A stretch of DNA of 63,468 bases, the filler included, from Octopus bimaculoides (lineage: Eukaryota), in assembly GCF_001194135.2 (NCBI RefSeq). It is 5 parts of 4 records of this genome, joined end to end, with 100 filler letters (N's around TTAATTAATTAA, not from the genome) between each part and the next. Parts side by side here need not be neighbours in the genome. Positions count along the whole stretch, not along the records: positions 30,931 to 52,695 come from NC_068981.1; positions 52,796 to 62,095 come from NC_068990.1; positions 62,196 to 63,468 come from NW_026413320.1; 2 more parts are not named here. One strand, given 5' to 3'. Of the stretch, positions 50,430 through 63,010 are shown piece after piece; position 1 is the first letter of the stretch, and every line of letters starts with the position of its first letter. The position numbers and the translations under genes were made by a program. The notes under the pieces were generated by a model. The model did not search any database. It was not told where the DNA came from and saw nothing but the letters and a program-made list of their open reading frames with translations.

Positions 50430-51080
50430 AGAGGGATGACCACTAAGTGGACATCCATTATGCTTGAAAAAGACCACCTATGGTCTGACCACTAAGAAGA
50501 GATTGTTCTCAAGAAAATTCAGCAGACGGCAGAACGTAAGCGAGCAACACAAATGAAAAGATACAAAATATAAAGATTAATCATAGACCGGTTTCGTTGT
50601 CAACTACTTACGTAAATACGTACGTAATTGTCCGCAACTCTTCAATTAGTATTCAATTTTCATCCTTATTGTTTAAATTTAAATAACCATGTTCTCTAAC
50701 CGGCAAAATTCACTGCAAAGTATTATTTTCTGCATAATTATTTCCGGTATTTGGCGCGCCAAAACGAAGACTTTTGAAATATAACCGCAAATGTAATTGG
50801 TAGAACTATATACAGGTTCAATCTCAGACGGACGTCTCGTGTATAGTTCTGCAAAGTATATTGCTATGACGATCACATTGAAGAGTTGCGGACGATTACG
50901 TAAGTGGTAAAAACGAAACCGGTCTGTGATTAATCTTTATATTTTGTATCTTTTCATTTGTCTTGCTCGCTTACGTTCTAGCGTTTGCTGAATCTTCTTG
51001 AGAACAATCTCTTCTTAGTGGTCAAATCATAGGTGTTCTTCTTCTAGCATAATGGATGTCCACTTAGTGGTCATCCCTCT
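50430..51080. mobile_element. MITE with ~215 bp TIRs and TA target-site duplication
   Basis: TA|agagggatgaccactaagtggacatcc ... ggatgtccacttagtggtcatccctct|TA; arms ~50430-50645 and ~50877-51080 are complementary with scattered mismatches. Confidence 0.9.
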
Positions 51081-51697
51081 TATATTTATGTAATATAATT
51101 TTTCGGAATCTTCAGATTTTTGAATATGCTGGGCCACTGGTTTTAAATTGCTAGTAATTAAATTAATACTCAATTTCCCCCCTTATTATATATATATATA
51201 TATATAGAAATATATATATNNNNNNNNNNNNNNNNNNNNNNNNNNNNNNNNNNNNNNNNNNNNNNNNNNNNNNNNNNNNNNNNNNNNNNNNNNNNNNNNN
51301 NNNNNNNNNNNNNNNNNNNNNNNNNNNNNNNNNNNNNNNNNNNNNNNNNNNNNNNNNNNNNNNNNNNNNNNNNNNNNNNNNNNNNNNNNNNNNNNNNNNN
51401 NNNNNNNNNNNNNNNNNNNNNNNNNNNNNNNNNNNNNNNNNNNNNNNNNNNNNNNNNNNNNNNNNNNNNNNNNNNNNNNNNNNNNNNNNNNNNNNNNNNN
51501 NNNNNNNNNNNNNNNNNNNNNNNNNNNNNNNNNNNNNNNNNNNNNNNNNNNNNNNNNNNNNNNNNNNNNNNNNNNNNNNNNNNNNNNNNNNNNNNNNNNN
51601 NNNNNNNNNNNNNNNNNNNNNNNNNNNNNNNNNNNNNNNNNNNNNNNNNNNNNNNNNNNNNNNNNNNNNNNNNNNNNNNNNNNNNNNNNNNNNNNNN

Positions 51698-51925
51698 GTG
51701 TGTGTGTATGTTTGTGTGTCTGTGTTTGTCCCCTCAACTTCGCTTGACAACCGAGGCCGGTGTGTTTACGTCTCCGTAACCTAGCGGTTCGGCAAAAAGA
51801 GACCGATAGAATAAGTACCAGGCTTACAAAGAATAAGTCCTGGGGTCGATTTTCTCGACTAAAGGTGGTGCTCCAGCATGGCCGCAGTCAAATGACTGAA
51901 ACAAGTAAAAGAGTAAACGAGTAAA
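51698..51925 (+). mobile_element. SINE family A, 3' half (5' half in gap)
   Basis: Tail match begins at the gap edge. Confidence 0.85.
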
Positions 51926-52554
51926 GAGTATATATATATATAAATGCAAAAATGTATAAACAAACGACGTAACGTACACTGAATGTAAAAACGAAACCAA
52001 CAGTACTGTTTAGTTTCGCACCTTTAACGATAAAACTGAGTGTTTCCCAATTGGCGATTCCCACAAAAGAAATAAAAAAAAGTTTTCTTGCTTAGAATTA
52101 GGGACAAGAGCAAACAAAACGATACAAAACTAGCAAAATGACACAGAATTTGATTTAGGACGGTGGACGAGGACAAATAGTCGAACACAATACGGCCTTA
52201 GGGCCAAGCAAACGAAAATAGTGGATAACGCTTCGAAAATGTCTTGAAGGAAAGAGAACGAAGAGACAGAATTTGCGACTGGTCCGCTAAGGGACAAGTC
52301 TAAGAAAGGAAGAAAAAGAGGCACTGGCTGATCACATAACAGCAGCAGGCAGAGGAGAAAGACAGCAAGGAGAAGGAGTGACAGAGAAAAGAAAGGAAGT
52401 GGATGAAGGGGAAGGAGAAAGGCTAGGAATACAAGAGGGAAAGAGAGAAGGAATGAGTAGGAAGGCTAGAATAGAAGTAACATGAGAGAGAGAAAAGAGG
52501 GAAAGAATGAAGAATATATATATATATATATTTTTTATTTTTTATTTTTTTATA

Positions 52555-52695
52555 TATGACGTTGACCACTAACGTGGACATTCAATGTGCTAGAAATAGA
52601 TCATATCTTGTGTCTAATAAGACCTAAATTGTTCTCAACATGAAATATAGCGTGATACCAAAACGTAAGCGGGCAAGACATTTAAAATCACCGAA
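52555..52695 (+). mobile_element. Diverged left arm of the 50430 MITE family, cut by a gap
   Basis: tgaccactaacgtggacatt...ttgttctcaa...aacgtaagcgggcaa resembles 50436-50550. Confidence 0.65.
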
Positions 52696-52919
52696 NNNNN
52701 NNNNNNNNNNNNNNNNNNNNNNNNNNNNNNNNNNNNNNNTTAATTAATTAANNNNNNNNNNNNNNNNNNNNNNNNNNNNNNNNNNNNNNNNNNNNATATA
52801 TATGTATATATATATATATGTAGATATGTATATATATATATATGTATGTATGTATATATATGTATGTAAATATATATACATATATACATACATATATATA
52901 CATATATACATACATATAT

Positions 52920-52953
<34 letters not shown>

Positions 52954-53139
52954 TATATAAACATTTATGTATCTGTACATATATATTTGTGAAGCCTGTA
53001 TGGAGTATATGTAAGATTTTGTGTCAGAGTAGAAGACTGTTGGGAAAGAGATGAAAATGTATATGTTGGAAGGATAAAAGGCATATGTGTGACAGACTGT
53101 AGAGTTTGTTAAAAACATGTGCAATATCATCCAATGGGT

Positions 53140-53640
53140 ATGTTGGGGACATGAAGAAATCAACTCTAATTTAGAAGTGAGTTGGTGAAGAGGTTCTGTA
53201 AGGATACTGAATTTTTCAAATATGCAGAGGCAGCTCTTGTGGCCATTGATGTATGTATTCAGAAGAGGATTTGGTAACAGACCATTTAATTTTGTCATTG
53301 GAAAAGCTTTTGTTTTTAATCTCCAGATGTATTTTGAAAGTGTTGTTGCTGATCTTTTATTTTCATGTCTGATATGCATGTATGTTGAGTGTACCTTGAT
53401 TTAAATGAATTCTCAGTAAAGCCTGTATAGCACTTTGTCATTGTTGCTAGCTTGTATGGAAGACTCATCACAGTAAACAACTTTTTTCTGAAAGCATTTA
53501 CTGTGTAGAAGTCATGTACTTCAGTTAAGACAAGTGTACAGAGGTGAAGAATTGTGTGTGTGAGTGTGTCTTCTGAGAACTAAGTACTTGCTATTAATTC
53601 TAGCTAGAGATGAGTCATTCCATTTGTGGGGAATTAATGG
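53140..53640 (-). mobile_element. Penelope-like element, GIY-YIG endonuclease relic
   Basis: KCFQKKVVY...CYTGFTENSFKSRYTQH / RHENKRSATTLSKYIWRLK...CLCIFEKFSIL...ELISSCPQH matches the PLE linker and GIY-YIG C-terminus; stops and frameshifts present. Confidence 0.85.
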
Positions 53641-54017
53641 TTATGCAATGAAAGTTGTATGGAAGAAGTTCATCAACATATTGAAAGACTTAAAGATCGC
53701 ATTAAATATGATACAGATCTATGAAGAGTTCATTTTTTAGATATAACTCTAGGTTGAGGTTCTGGTAAATACTGGATTTATAAAAAATCTAGCAATTTGC
53801 TGCGTATTAATATAAATTCCAGCCAACTGCTGGTGCAGCCTTGTCTCCCTCTAGTGGTCACATTCTTGATGTCCTGCTGTGTCAAGGCTAGGAAGGCTAA
53901 GTGGGTGTCTGTGTCTGTTTGTGATTGCATAGGCACCTGAAACAATTAAAAAAAGCATGGCAAAAGATACCTGGTCATATTCAATTGCGTGAGATGGCTA
54001 CATAATATATATGTGTG

Positions 54018-54430
54018 TATTCTTTTATTTGTTTTTAGTTATTTGACTGCAGCCATGCTGGAGCACTACCTTTAGTTGAACAAATCAACCCCAGGACTTA
54101 CTCTTTGGAAGCTTACTACTTATTCTATCGGTGTCTTTTGCTGAACGACTAAGTTATGGGAGACGTAAACACACCGGCATCAGTTGTCAAGCAATGATGG
54201 GGGGACAATCACAGATACACAAACACACACACACACATATACGACAGGCTTCTTTCAGTTTCTGTCTACCAAATCCACTCACAAGGCTTTGGTCGGCATG
54301 AGACTATAGCAGAAGCCACTTGCCCAAGGTGCCATGCACTGGGACTGAACCCGGAACCATGTGGTTCGTAAGCAAGCTACTTTTATTCATTAAATTTGCA
54401 AGCTACTTACCACACAACCACTCCTGCGCC
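54018..54430 (-). mobile_element. SINE family A
   Basis: Reverse complement full-length copy with a small internal insertion. Confidence 0.9.
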
Positions 54431-54489
54431 TATGTGTATATTTCTATTATATATTTATATCGGCCAATTTGTGTGTGTGTATGTATATA

Positions 54490-54545
<56 letters not shown>

Positions 54546-55071
54546 TATATAGATATATACACACACACATGTATATGCATGCATATATGTATATATTATA
54601 TATGTGTGTATGTCTATGTGTGCATGTGCATGTGTGTGTTTGTATATAAATATATGTATACACACACACACACACATATATGAATATATACACGCACACA
54701 TATGAATGCATATATGTATGTATTATATATTTGTGTGTGCGTGTGTATGCATGTATACATACATAGATACATACATACATGTGTGTATATCTGGTTTGTA
54801 TAAACTATGCCATCTAATTGATAACCAACTAACACCACTTCTTCTCCACCCCATCACAAATATCATTAATCACAATATATATTTATTACGAAAAACAACA
54901 ACACCACAAATAAAACAACAGACAATGGCATTTATTTCATTTAATTTTGTATAAATCTTCATGCCTCAGTAAGTATATTCTTATTGCCTTGTCTGACTAG
55001 TCAGTCATTGTTTGTATACAGCTGCTTGTTTTAACTTCTCTTTTACCTTTCAATTTATTTGTCTATTTGTC

Positions 55072-55119
<48 letters not shown>

Positions 55120-55216
55120 AGAACATTTTGTAAACAAACTTATAAGCACAGCATGTGTTGGTATTCTACATAAATAGAGAAATTTGAGAATGTGTGTGTA
55201 TGTATATATATATATA

Positions 55217-55381
55217 GGCGTAGGAGTGGCTGTGTGGTAAGTAGCTTGCTTACAAACCACATGGTTCCGGGTTCAGTCCTACTGCGTGGCACCTTGGGCA
55301 AGTGTCTTCTACTATAGCCTCGGGCCGACAAAAGCCTTGTGAGTGGATTTGGTAGATGGAAACTGAAAGAAGCCCGTCGTA

Positions 55382-55454
<73 letters not shown>

Positions 55455-55628
55455 TTGTGTGTCTCTGTTTGTCCCCCAACATTGCTTGACAACTGATGCT
55501 ATAGAATAGAGTAAGTACTAGGCTTCCAAAGAATAAGTCCTGGGGTCGATTTGCTCGACTAAAGGCGGTGCTCCAGCATGGCCACAGTCAAATGACTGAA
55601 ACAAGTAAAAGAGTAAAAGAGTAAAGAG
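55217..55628 (+). mobile_element. SINE family A with long (TA)n and an internal deletion
   Basis: Head and tail match; the segment after gatgct is missing. Confidence 0.9.
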
Positions 55629-55649
55629 TATATATATACGTATATAAAT

Positions 55650-55685
<36 letters not shown>

Positions 55686-56427
55686 TGTAAATGTGAGTGT
55701 ATGTGGTTATGTGTGTTTAACCCTGAAAGGCTCTGAATCTGTGTCCCAAAGAGAATGTTGTCCATAAAAATTTAAAATTACATTTTTTTGTTGTTGCTTA
55801 GATCCCAACAATGCACCACTACATCATCATTCCATAAAATGTGTTTATGGGGAGAAAAATATTTAAAAACATCACTATATGTGACAAAGAAATGAGGAAG
55901 GTATCAGGTGGTCTTGTGATGTGCTAGAAACAACAGCTAAATCACCCTTAAATCTCACACCATTTTGTCTGAAAATTATCTTGAAATTATAAACAGAAAC
56001 AAGTTGCAGATTCAGACAGTCTCTATTTTAAAACTATGATAATAAAATATTCAAAAGGAAGCTGAAAGTTTAGGATTTATTAAGGTGAGGGTGGGGGTAA
56101 TTGAAAAAATTAAAATTTCACTATTGTTTTAAAATTATATTCCATTTTCTATTTGAAAATAAAGGAAATGGCAATTGTAATGGTTTCCAATTTTTTTTTT
56201 TTTTAACCTTCAAGGCTTCTATTGTTTTTTAGTGTGTAGTGAAAAAAAATGGCAATAAGTGGCATTGGGTGGAGGAAGGGAGGGGTTGAAAAATATTCAT
56301 AAATTTTCAAAATTTCTTTACTAAATAGCACACTTATGTGGGTGTGCTATTCCAAAAGTCCGTCAAGGCATTCAATTGTGAAAATTAACTGCCAATGATG
56401 GGATGCTCAGCTTGTGTGTGTATGTAT

Positions 56428-56459
<32 letters not shown>

Positions 56460-56655
56460 TCACTGATGACCACACCCTCCCCCTTTTCTTATTTCTTCCA
56501 TCCTATTTCCTAAAATTAACTCCTTTGAAAGGCCACCAGCCCTTGTGAGAAAATGTGTTTATTTACAAATATGTTGATAAGGATACAGGGAAAAAAAGAA
56601 AGGAGAAAGTAAAAAAGAAAAATACTTTGTAATGAAATTTCAATGAATTGACCAC

Positions 56656-56668
56656 CTCTCTCTCTCTC

Positions 56669-56748
<80 letters not shown>
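56656..56748. repeat. (CT)n microsatellite
   Basis: Directly visible. Confidence 0.95.
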
Positions 56749-56755
<7 letters not shown>

Positions 56756-56928
56756 CTATCTGTCTAACCTTTCCCAAACCTTTATTATTATTATTATTAA
56801 CCGCTGCATCTCTCCAGCTTACCAGTTTTCAGTCAAACCGTCCAACTCATACCAGCATGGAAAGCAGATACTAAATGATCATGATGACCTCTCCTTCTCT
56901 CTCTTTCTGTCTCTATCTATCTATGCAT

Positions 56929-56968
<40 letters not shown>

Positions 56969-57021
56969 GGTATTCATTTCATATGCACATTATACATATT
57001 GTACCTGTGCATGTGTGTGGT

Positions 57022-57026
<5 letters not shown>

Positions 57027-57110
<84 letters not shown>
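57027..57110. repeat. (GT)n microsatellite
   Basis: Directly visible. Confidence 0.95.
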
Positions 57111-57113
<3 letters not shown>

Positions 57114-58194
57114 GGTGTTGCAATTTCTGAAACCAGGAAGACCTTTATTCAAATAATTATTCAATACAAGTGGGGAGCAAAATAAATGTATTTATTTTCA
57201 GTTCATTCTCCACTTCAGTCGGTGAAGCGGAAATAACTTGAAATGTATATCACGAGAAGCCTTAAACTGAAGGCATATGGGGCACGCATACATTCATGCT
57301 TGGTTTGCACCAGCTCACTCTGCATCCATAGTGCCGCACACTTATGAATTTCACGCTTACTGAAGAAGACCGTTGACTGTCATAGAGGCAGTTGTTTGTG
57401 AGAGATAAGGTGTGTATGTAGGTGTCTGCTTCCTCGTGGATGTAGATGTATTGTACATGGTGTATACATGTATGTCATATGGATGAATATTCTCTTATAC
57501 ATTAAGTGTATATATTGCTTGGATAGAATTATGTTTATGGACGTGTGGGACTTAATGGACTGTGCTGATAAATGTGTGTGTGTGTGTGTGTGTGTGTATG
57601 CTTCAGTAGCAGTGTTTAGTATGTGTATATATTAAGTGTCTATATACTATTTATGCCATTAGTGTGTGTATCAGTGTGTGTATATGATTTATTGCATTAA
57701 TGAGTACGTGTGTATGCGTATGTATTTATATGTGGGGAGGTGTATGTAATGAATATAAAGGCTAGTGAAGTTTGTTGTGTTAATTAGTGTGTTTGTATGG
57801 TGTGTTTATATGGTTATGTTTATACAGGTTTTTATTATATGTGACAGTGTATATGAGATGAAAGTATGTTCATTGGTCAAGCCAAAGCTACTAGTAGTGT
57901 TTATCATCTCAAATTACAATGAAGAATGAAAGGAGTGGAATTGGGTATGCCATTAAGTCAATTTGGAATGCACTCTGAAAATTAACAATATTTCTTCTCA
58001 TTGTCTGTTTCAGCGGTTAATTTTCTCACTCATCCTATCACTTTCTCTCTCTTTGATTCTATAGCTTTGAGCATGATTGTGCTCTGTGACTAGCTGAAGA
58101 TACCTTCAGTTAATATACAGAATTGTATAATTCTTGAGGTGTACACAGAACAGCGATAGTCCAAACAATAACATATTTATTCATTGTTAATCCA

Positions 58195-58405
58195 TTCTCA
58201 CTGATTCATCATCATTATCATCATCACTGTCATCATCATCATCACTGTCATCATCATTACCATCATCACCATCATCACCATCATCATTTAACATGCATTT
58301 TCCATGCTGGCTTGGGTTCGATGGTTTGATTAGAGATAGCAAACTGCAGCACTGCACCAGGTTCCAGTTTATTTTGGCTTGGTCTCTACAGCTGGATGCC
58401 CAAAT
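58195..58405 (-). mobile_element. SINE family C 3' end with expanded, degenerate (GAT)n tail
   Basis: (TCA)n 58200-58287 followed by tttaacatgcattttccatgctggcttgggtt. Confidence 0.75.
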
Positions 58406-58689
58406 GTTAATATCTGATCTCTGTTGTTTGTCTTCAGTCCTCTGGGCCACTTCTATTATATTCCCTTTCCTGTAACTTAAAGTTATGCCCTGACACCTCT
58501 TCCCCACCATTATCACTCTTTTCCTAACTGGAGTAGCCATGGGTGTAAGCCATATGTATATGTATGCGTATATATGTGTCTGCAAAACAGCAGGACACCT
58601 GCTCCTGTCTCTCAATCATACTTTAATCTCACATATTCTAGCAAAAAGCTACCTCCCTCAATATTACACTTTGCTTAGTTGATTGGAGT

Positions 58690-58906
58690 TTTGCCTTGTG
58701 AGTTACATGGTGACCTCTCTAGTGCTGGTGCCACATTAAAAGCACCTAATACACTCTGTGAATTTGTTGGTGTTAGGAAGGGCCTCTAACTGTAGAGACC
58801 ATGCCAAAGCAGACATTGGAGCTTGGTACACCCCTCTGGCTTATTGGCACCTCTCAAGCCATTGCACCCATGCCAGCATGGAAGATGGAGGTTGAATGAT
58901 GATGAT
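58690..58906 (+). mobile_element. SINE family C, diverged
   Basis: gttggtgttaggaagggc...cccatgccagcatggaagatggaggttgaatgatgatgat. Confidence 0.75.
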
Positions 58907-59271
58907 AGAGAACATGTCCTCCTTTTACACTAGTGAACAGTGTGTGTGTAGTATGTGTTATGAATGCACACAATTCACTAGTGTAAGGGGACTTTAAAAA
59001 ACTGCAGTGTTTCAACCTCATTGTGTTTCTTCTGCCAGACTAATGCATCTAACAAGAGCACAATGAAATCAAAGCATGGCATTGTCTTGGTGTACCCTTG
59101 CATCAATGAATTGCAATGTGTTTTGAACACACATCACCTAAAAGAGGAGGTATTCTCCATTGACAAAAATGAAACAGCAATTAGATGTTTTAATTTCATT
59201 CTGCCAGAACATATTAAGAATGAACAAGTTACATTATAAAATTTTATCATAATTATTTATTTATATATCAG

Positions 59272-59550
59272 GGTAGATGAGCTGGCAGAATTAGTAGAGC
59301 ATCAGACAAAAGGTGGTGCTCCAGCATGGTCACAGTCAAATGACTGAAACAAGTAAAAGAATAAAACAATATAATGCTGTGTGCTTCTTTCATCTCATTA
59401 CATTCTGGCTTCAAATCTTACCAAATTTATCTTTTGGCTTTCATCTCTATGGGGCTGATAAAATAAAGTACCGGTTAAGTGATCTGCTTGATAATATCAA
59501 CTAAATTCCTCTTTGCCAAAACTGCTGGCCTTCTGCCTAAATTAGAAAAG
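59272..59550 (+). mobile_element. SINE family B carrying an inserted family A tail
   Basis: B head, then ggtggtgctccagcatgg...gaaacaagtaaaagaataa (~59312-59366), then B body. Confidence 0.65.
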
Positions 59551-59585
59551 AAATTTGTATTAAATAACCAACTAACTAACTAATG

Positions 59586-59586
<1 letters not shown>

Positions 59587-59674
<88 letters not shown>

Positions 59675-59677
59675 AAT
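59587..59677. repeat. (TAA)n microsatellite
   Basis: Directly visible, with one interruption near 59651. Confidence 0.95.
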
Positions 59678-59852
59678 GGTTTCAAATTTTGGCATAAGAT
59701 CAGTAGTTTCAGGGTATGGGGTTAGTCAATAACATCGACCCCCGTGCTCAAAGGATGAAAGGCAAAGTCAACCTTGGCAGAATTTGAACTCAGAATGTAA
59801 CGACAGGCAAAATACTGCTAAGCATTTTGCCTGGCATACTAATAATGCTGCC

Positions 59853-59855
<3 letters not shown>
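59678..59855 (-). mobile_element. SINE family B
   Basis: Reverse complement copy. Confidence 0.8.
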
Positions 59856-59881
<26 letters not shown>

Positions 59882-59885
<4 letters not shown>

Positions 59886-60214
59886 TTATCATGTACATTG
59901 TTTTGTCTTGGTATAAAAGATGGGCCACAACAAATATTCTGCTCAATATCACAGATTTGCTTGTCAGTTTCTTGACCTTAACCAGTTGAGCATGTCCCTT
60001 AGTGGTTGATGATATGTGCATCTCTGATCATGAGCAGAAGTAGTGGGGGAGCATCATAGCCATGTTATGAGAGGAATTCTTTGGGGTTTGGATAAGTCAC
60101 CTTTAGAAACAGGGGTGTTTTGTTCATCATCCTTAAACAACCCTTATTCAGGGGCCTTATGAGTGGGATGGGCTACTCGACCTGAAGAAAATTCTAACTG
60201 GGCCCCACCTGCAA
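59882..60214 (+). repeat. Repeat family D, inverted relative to 19485-20030
   Basis: Reverse complement of ~19650-19980. Confidence 0.8.
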
Positions 60215-60567
60215 TTTTTCTTCATTTTCTTTTACTGACCTTTTAGTGATATATATATATATATATACATATCTATGTATATTCACATATACATAGACAT
60301 ATATGTAATTATGATATGTATGAAGGTGTGTGGGCTGGTGGCTAGGGTGCTATTCTCACACTTAAGAGATTGTGCTTTCCATTCCTGAACTGGGCAGTGC
60401 ATTGTGTTCTTGAGCAAAACATGTATCTGTCATCTATGACAGGAAAGCCCATGATATATATGCATGTATGTATGTATGCATGCGTGTCTGTCAGTTTCTC
60501 TGCAGATATATATATATATATGTATATGTATATATATATNNNNNNNNNNATATGTGTGTATGTAAAA

Positions 60568-60601
<34 letters not shown>

Positions 60602-60892
60602 ATATAATTGAACACATGCACAGAATGTATGTGATTTGCTTGTTCACTGGTTGGCTCCAATGTGTGTGTGTGTTTGTCTGTGTGTGTTTGTGTGTGTGTG
60701 TGTGTGTTTGTCTTTGCATGTTTCTGTTTTTATATCTTTCTTTACATTGATATTGCTTGAAAAAAAAATGCTTTTTGTGTTTATGTCCCATAACTCAGGA
60801 TGTGACCAAAGAGAAATTGCTAAAATGACATTGTGTGTATACCTGCCTGCATTTATGTCTATGTCTAATGTGATCTTAATTATGCTTTTCAG

Positions 60893-61101
60893 GTGCTGAT
60901 AATGTGAGGATTTATTGGGATCGGTACCTTTCTGGTGTGGATGCTTTGATTTATGTTGTGAACAGTGCAGACACTGCTGATGATCTGCAGCTTGCAAGCC
61001 AAGAATTGACACGAATATTACAGAATAAGCAACTCAATAATGTTCCACTTCTTCTAATGGCAAATCACCATGACATGGAAGATGCACGATCTATGGACCA
61101 G
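60893..61101 (+). CDS. Internal coding exon of an ARF-like small GTPase (ARL9/ARL10-type); phase 1 to phase 0, 209 nt
   Basis: Acceptor ttttcAG (60891-60892) and donor CAG|GTTTGT (61102). Translation (G)ADNVRIYWDRYLSGVDALIYVVNSADTADDLQLASQELTRILQNKQLNNVPLLLMANHHDMEDARSMDQ aligns by eye with Arf-family switch II, beta4, alpha3 and G4. Other exons were not identified. Confidence 0.9.
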
Positions 61102-62064
61102 GTTTGTTAGTCTACAGAAATTCTTCTCTTTTTTTTATTTCTTAATTTTACTCTTGTCAGAAGAATACAGTCATAGGTTAATGGTAAACACCTAGCAAGC
61201 TTAGTTTGTGATGAAGTGGGAGGTTTCATCCCAGTTCACTTCTGGTCAGAGTCTTTCAGACATCACCACATTATTTTTTTATGGTTATCTTGGACAATGT
61301 TAGTTTATATCTCTTTTCATTTCCTAATACTCTTGAGTGCTATTTGAAGGAAATTTTGTTGCTTTTCTAGCTAATAAATTAACCATGTGGTGGCTACCTT
61401 GTTTTGAATATGTAATGAAGTTTTGCTTCCTGGCGGGATTGTTTTTCATTTTATTTGTTCTCAGTAACTTTAATTGTTTTGGCCTTATTCAATAAACATT
61501 GAGAAAAAAATCCATACCTGGTTGACTTACTTAGACCTCATCATTCGAAGATGAAACCTTTAAAGATGAACCAACAACTTATAATTGGTTATTGGATGTT
61601 TTCCTTTTTTATTTTCAAAGAACAAGGTTGTTGTTCAGCTCTATTTTCATCTAGGTCTTGTAATTTTGACCAAAGATGTTCCCACTGTGACCATTCTAAG
61701 TTTTTTATTTTTTATTTTGGTGGGGGAGATGTGTATCTAAGGACTAGATTATTTAGTGTATCCTGCCTTTCTTAAATTGGTGTAATTTGGTTGTAATTTG
61801 AGAAAGATTGGGCTGCTTTTACGAAGCAGTTGAGCAACCTCATAAGTGCTCTTTCACTAGCTCAAAAAACAGTGGTTGTAGTCGAGACAGGAGAAGGAAA
61901 TCTCAGCTTTAAGAACGTTTTAGTTTGCCAGTTGTGACTTGTTGTCTTTTAAACTTTAGAGTTGTCAGCCCTGACTGAGCAGATATGAAATATTTTAAAT
62001 TTACTTCATTTTTAAAGCATTAGATATGTATTTTATTTCAATACACACACATATACAGACATAC

Positions 62065-62095
<31 letters not shown>

Positions 62096-62783
62096 NNNNN
62101 NNNNNNNNNNNNNNNNNNNNNNNNNNNNNNNNNNNNNNNTTAATTAATTAANNNNNNNNNNNNNNNNNNNNNNNNNNNNNNNNNNNNNNNNNNNNCGCAA
62201 GCATATACATACCTTCATGTGCACCTATATTCACCTACACACAGTTACATACATACATATAATGTGCTCGCTTTTGTATGGGTGTTTGTAGGAATAAAAA
62301 TTAATATTATTGTCTTTACATATATGTAAAATTACGTGTCTATATAAGTATGCATACACACGCATACATACACATACGCATAAACACACACACGCATTTT
62401 CATATACACACATTTAAATGTACCTACATATACATGCAAAATCATATACCAATATTTAAATACACACACACACACACACACAAACGCACGCACACATACA
62501 CTCACGCATATACACAAACATACGTATTTTTGCATACACACACTTACATATACCTACATATAGATGCAAAATGATATACCCACATTAAATACACACACAA
62601 ATTAATGCACACGCACACACATATACACACACACGCATATACCCACGCATACGCATTTTCGCATGCACAAATATGTACTTACATGTACATTTAAAATTAT
62701 ACACCCATATTTAAATACACATACATGCACACACACACAAACGCACACACAAACGCACACACAAACACACAAAAACGCACCTG

Positions 62784-62865
<82 letters not shown>

Positions 62866-63010
62866 ACAAATTAAAAGGGTAAAGATTTATCAATTTATTA
62901 ATTTATTAATAAATCAACAATTAATAATTTTTACCAAGCCCCTCGATATGTAAGCACCATTTAAATGGTTAGTTTTCATTGTTTCTTCTTCTTGTTTTTG
63001 CCTTTGTCAG

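Noticed and set aside
53000-53140. Hammerhead expected downstream of the PLE GIY-YIG relic
   Set aside because: No CTGANGA...GAAA arrangement was visible on the minus strand.
54320-54954. YIYI / CVCV / HTHT-rich ORFs here and throughout
   Set aside because: Translations of TA, TG and CA microsatellites.
58187-58615. 142 aa ORF with an Asp-rich tail
   Set aside because: The acidic tail is the (GAT)n tail of a SINE C copy.
59039-59149. Possible 111 nt exon (TNASNKSTMK...HLKEE) upstream of the ARL exon
   Set aside because: It has AG/GT borders but no Arf G1/G2 motifs, and its phase-0 end is incompatible with the phase-1 ARL acceptor.
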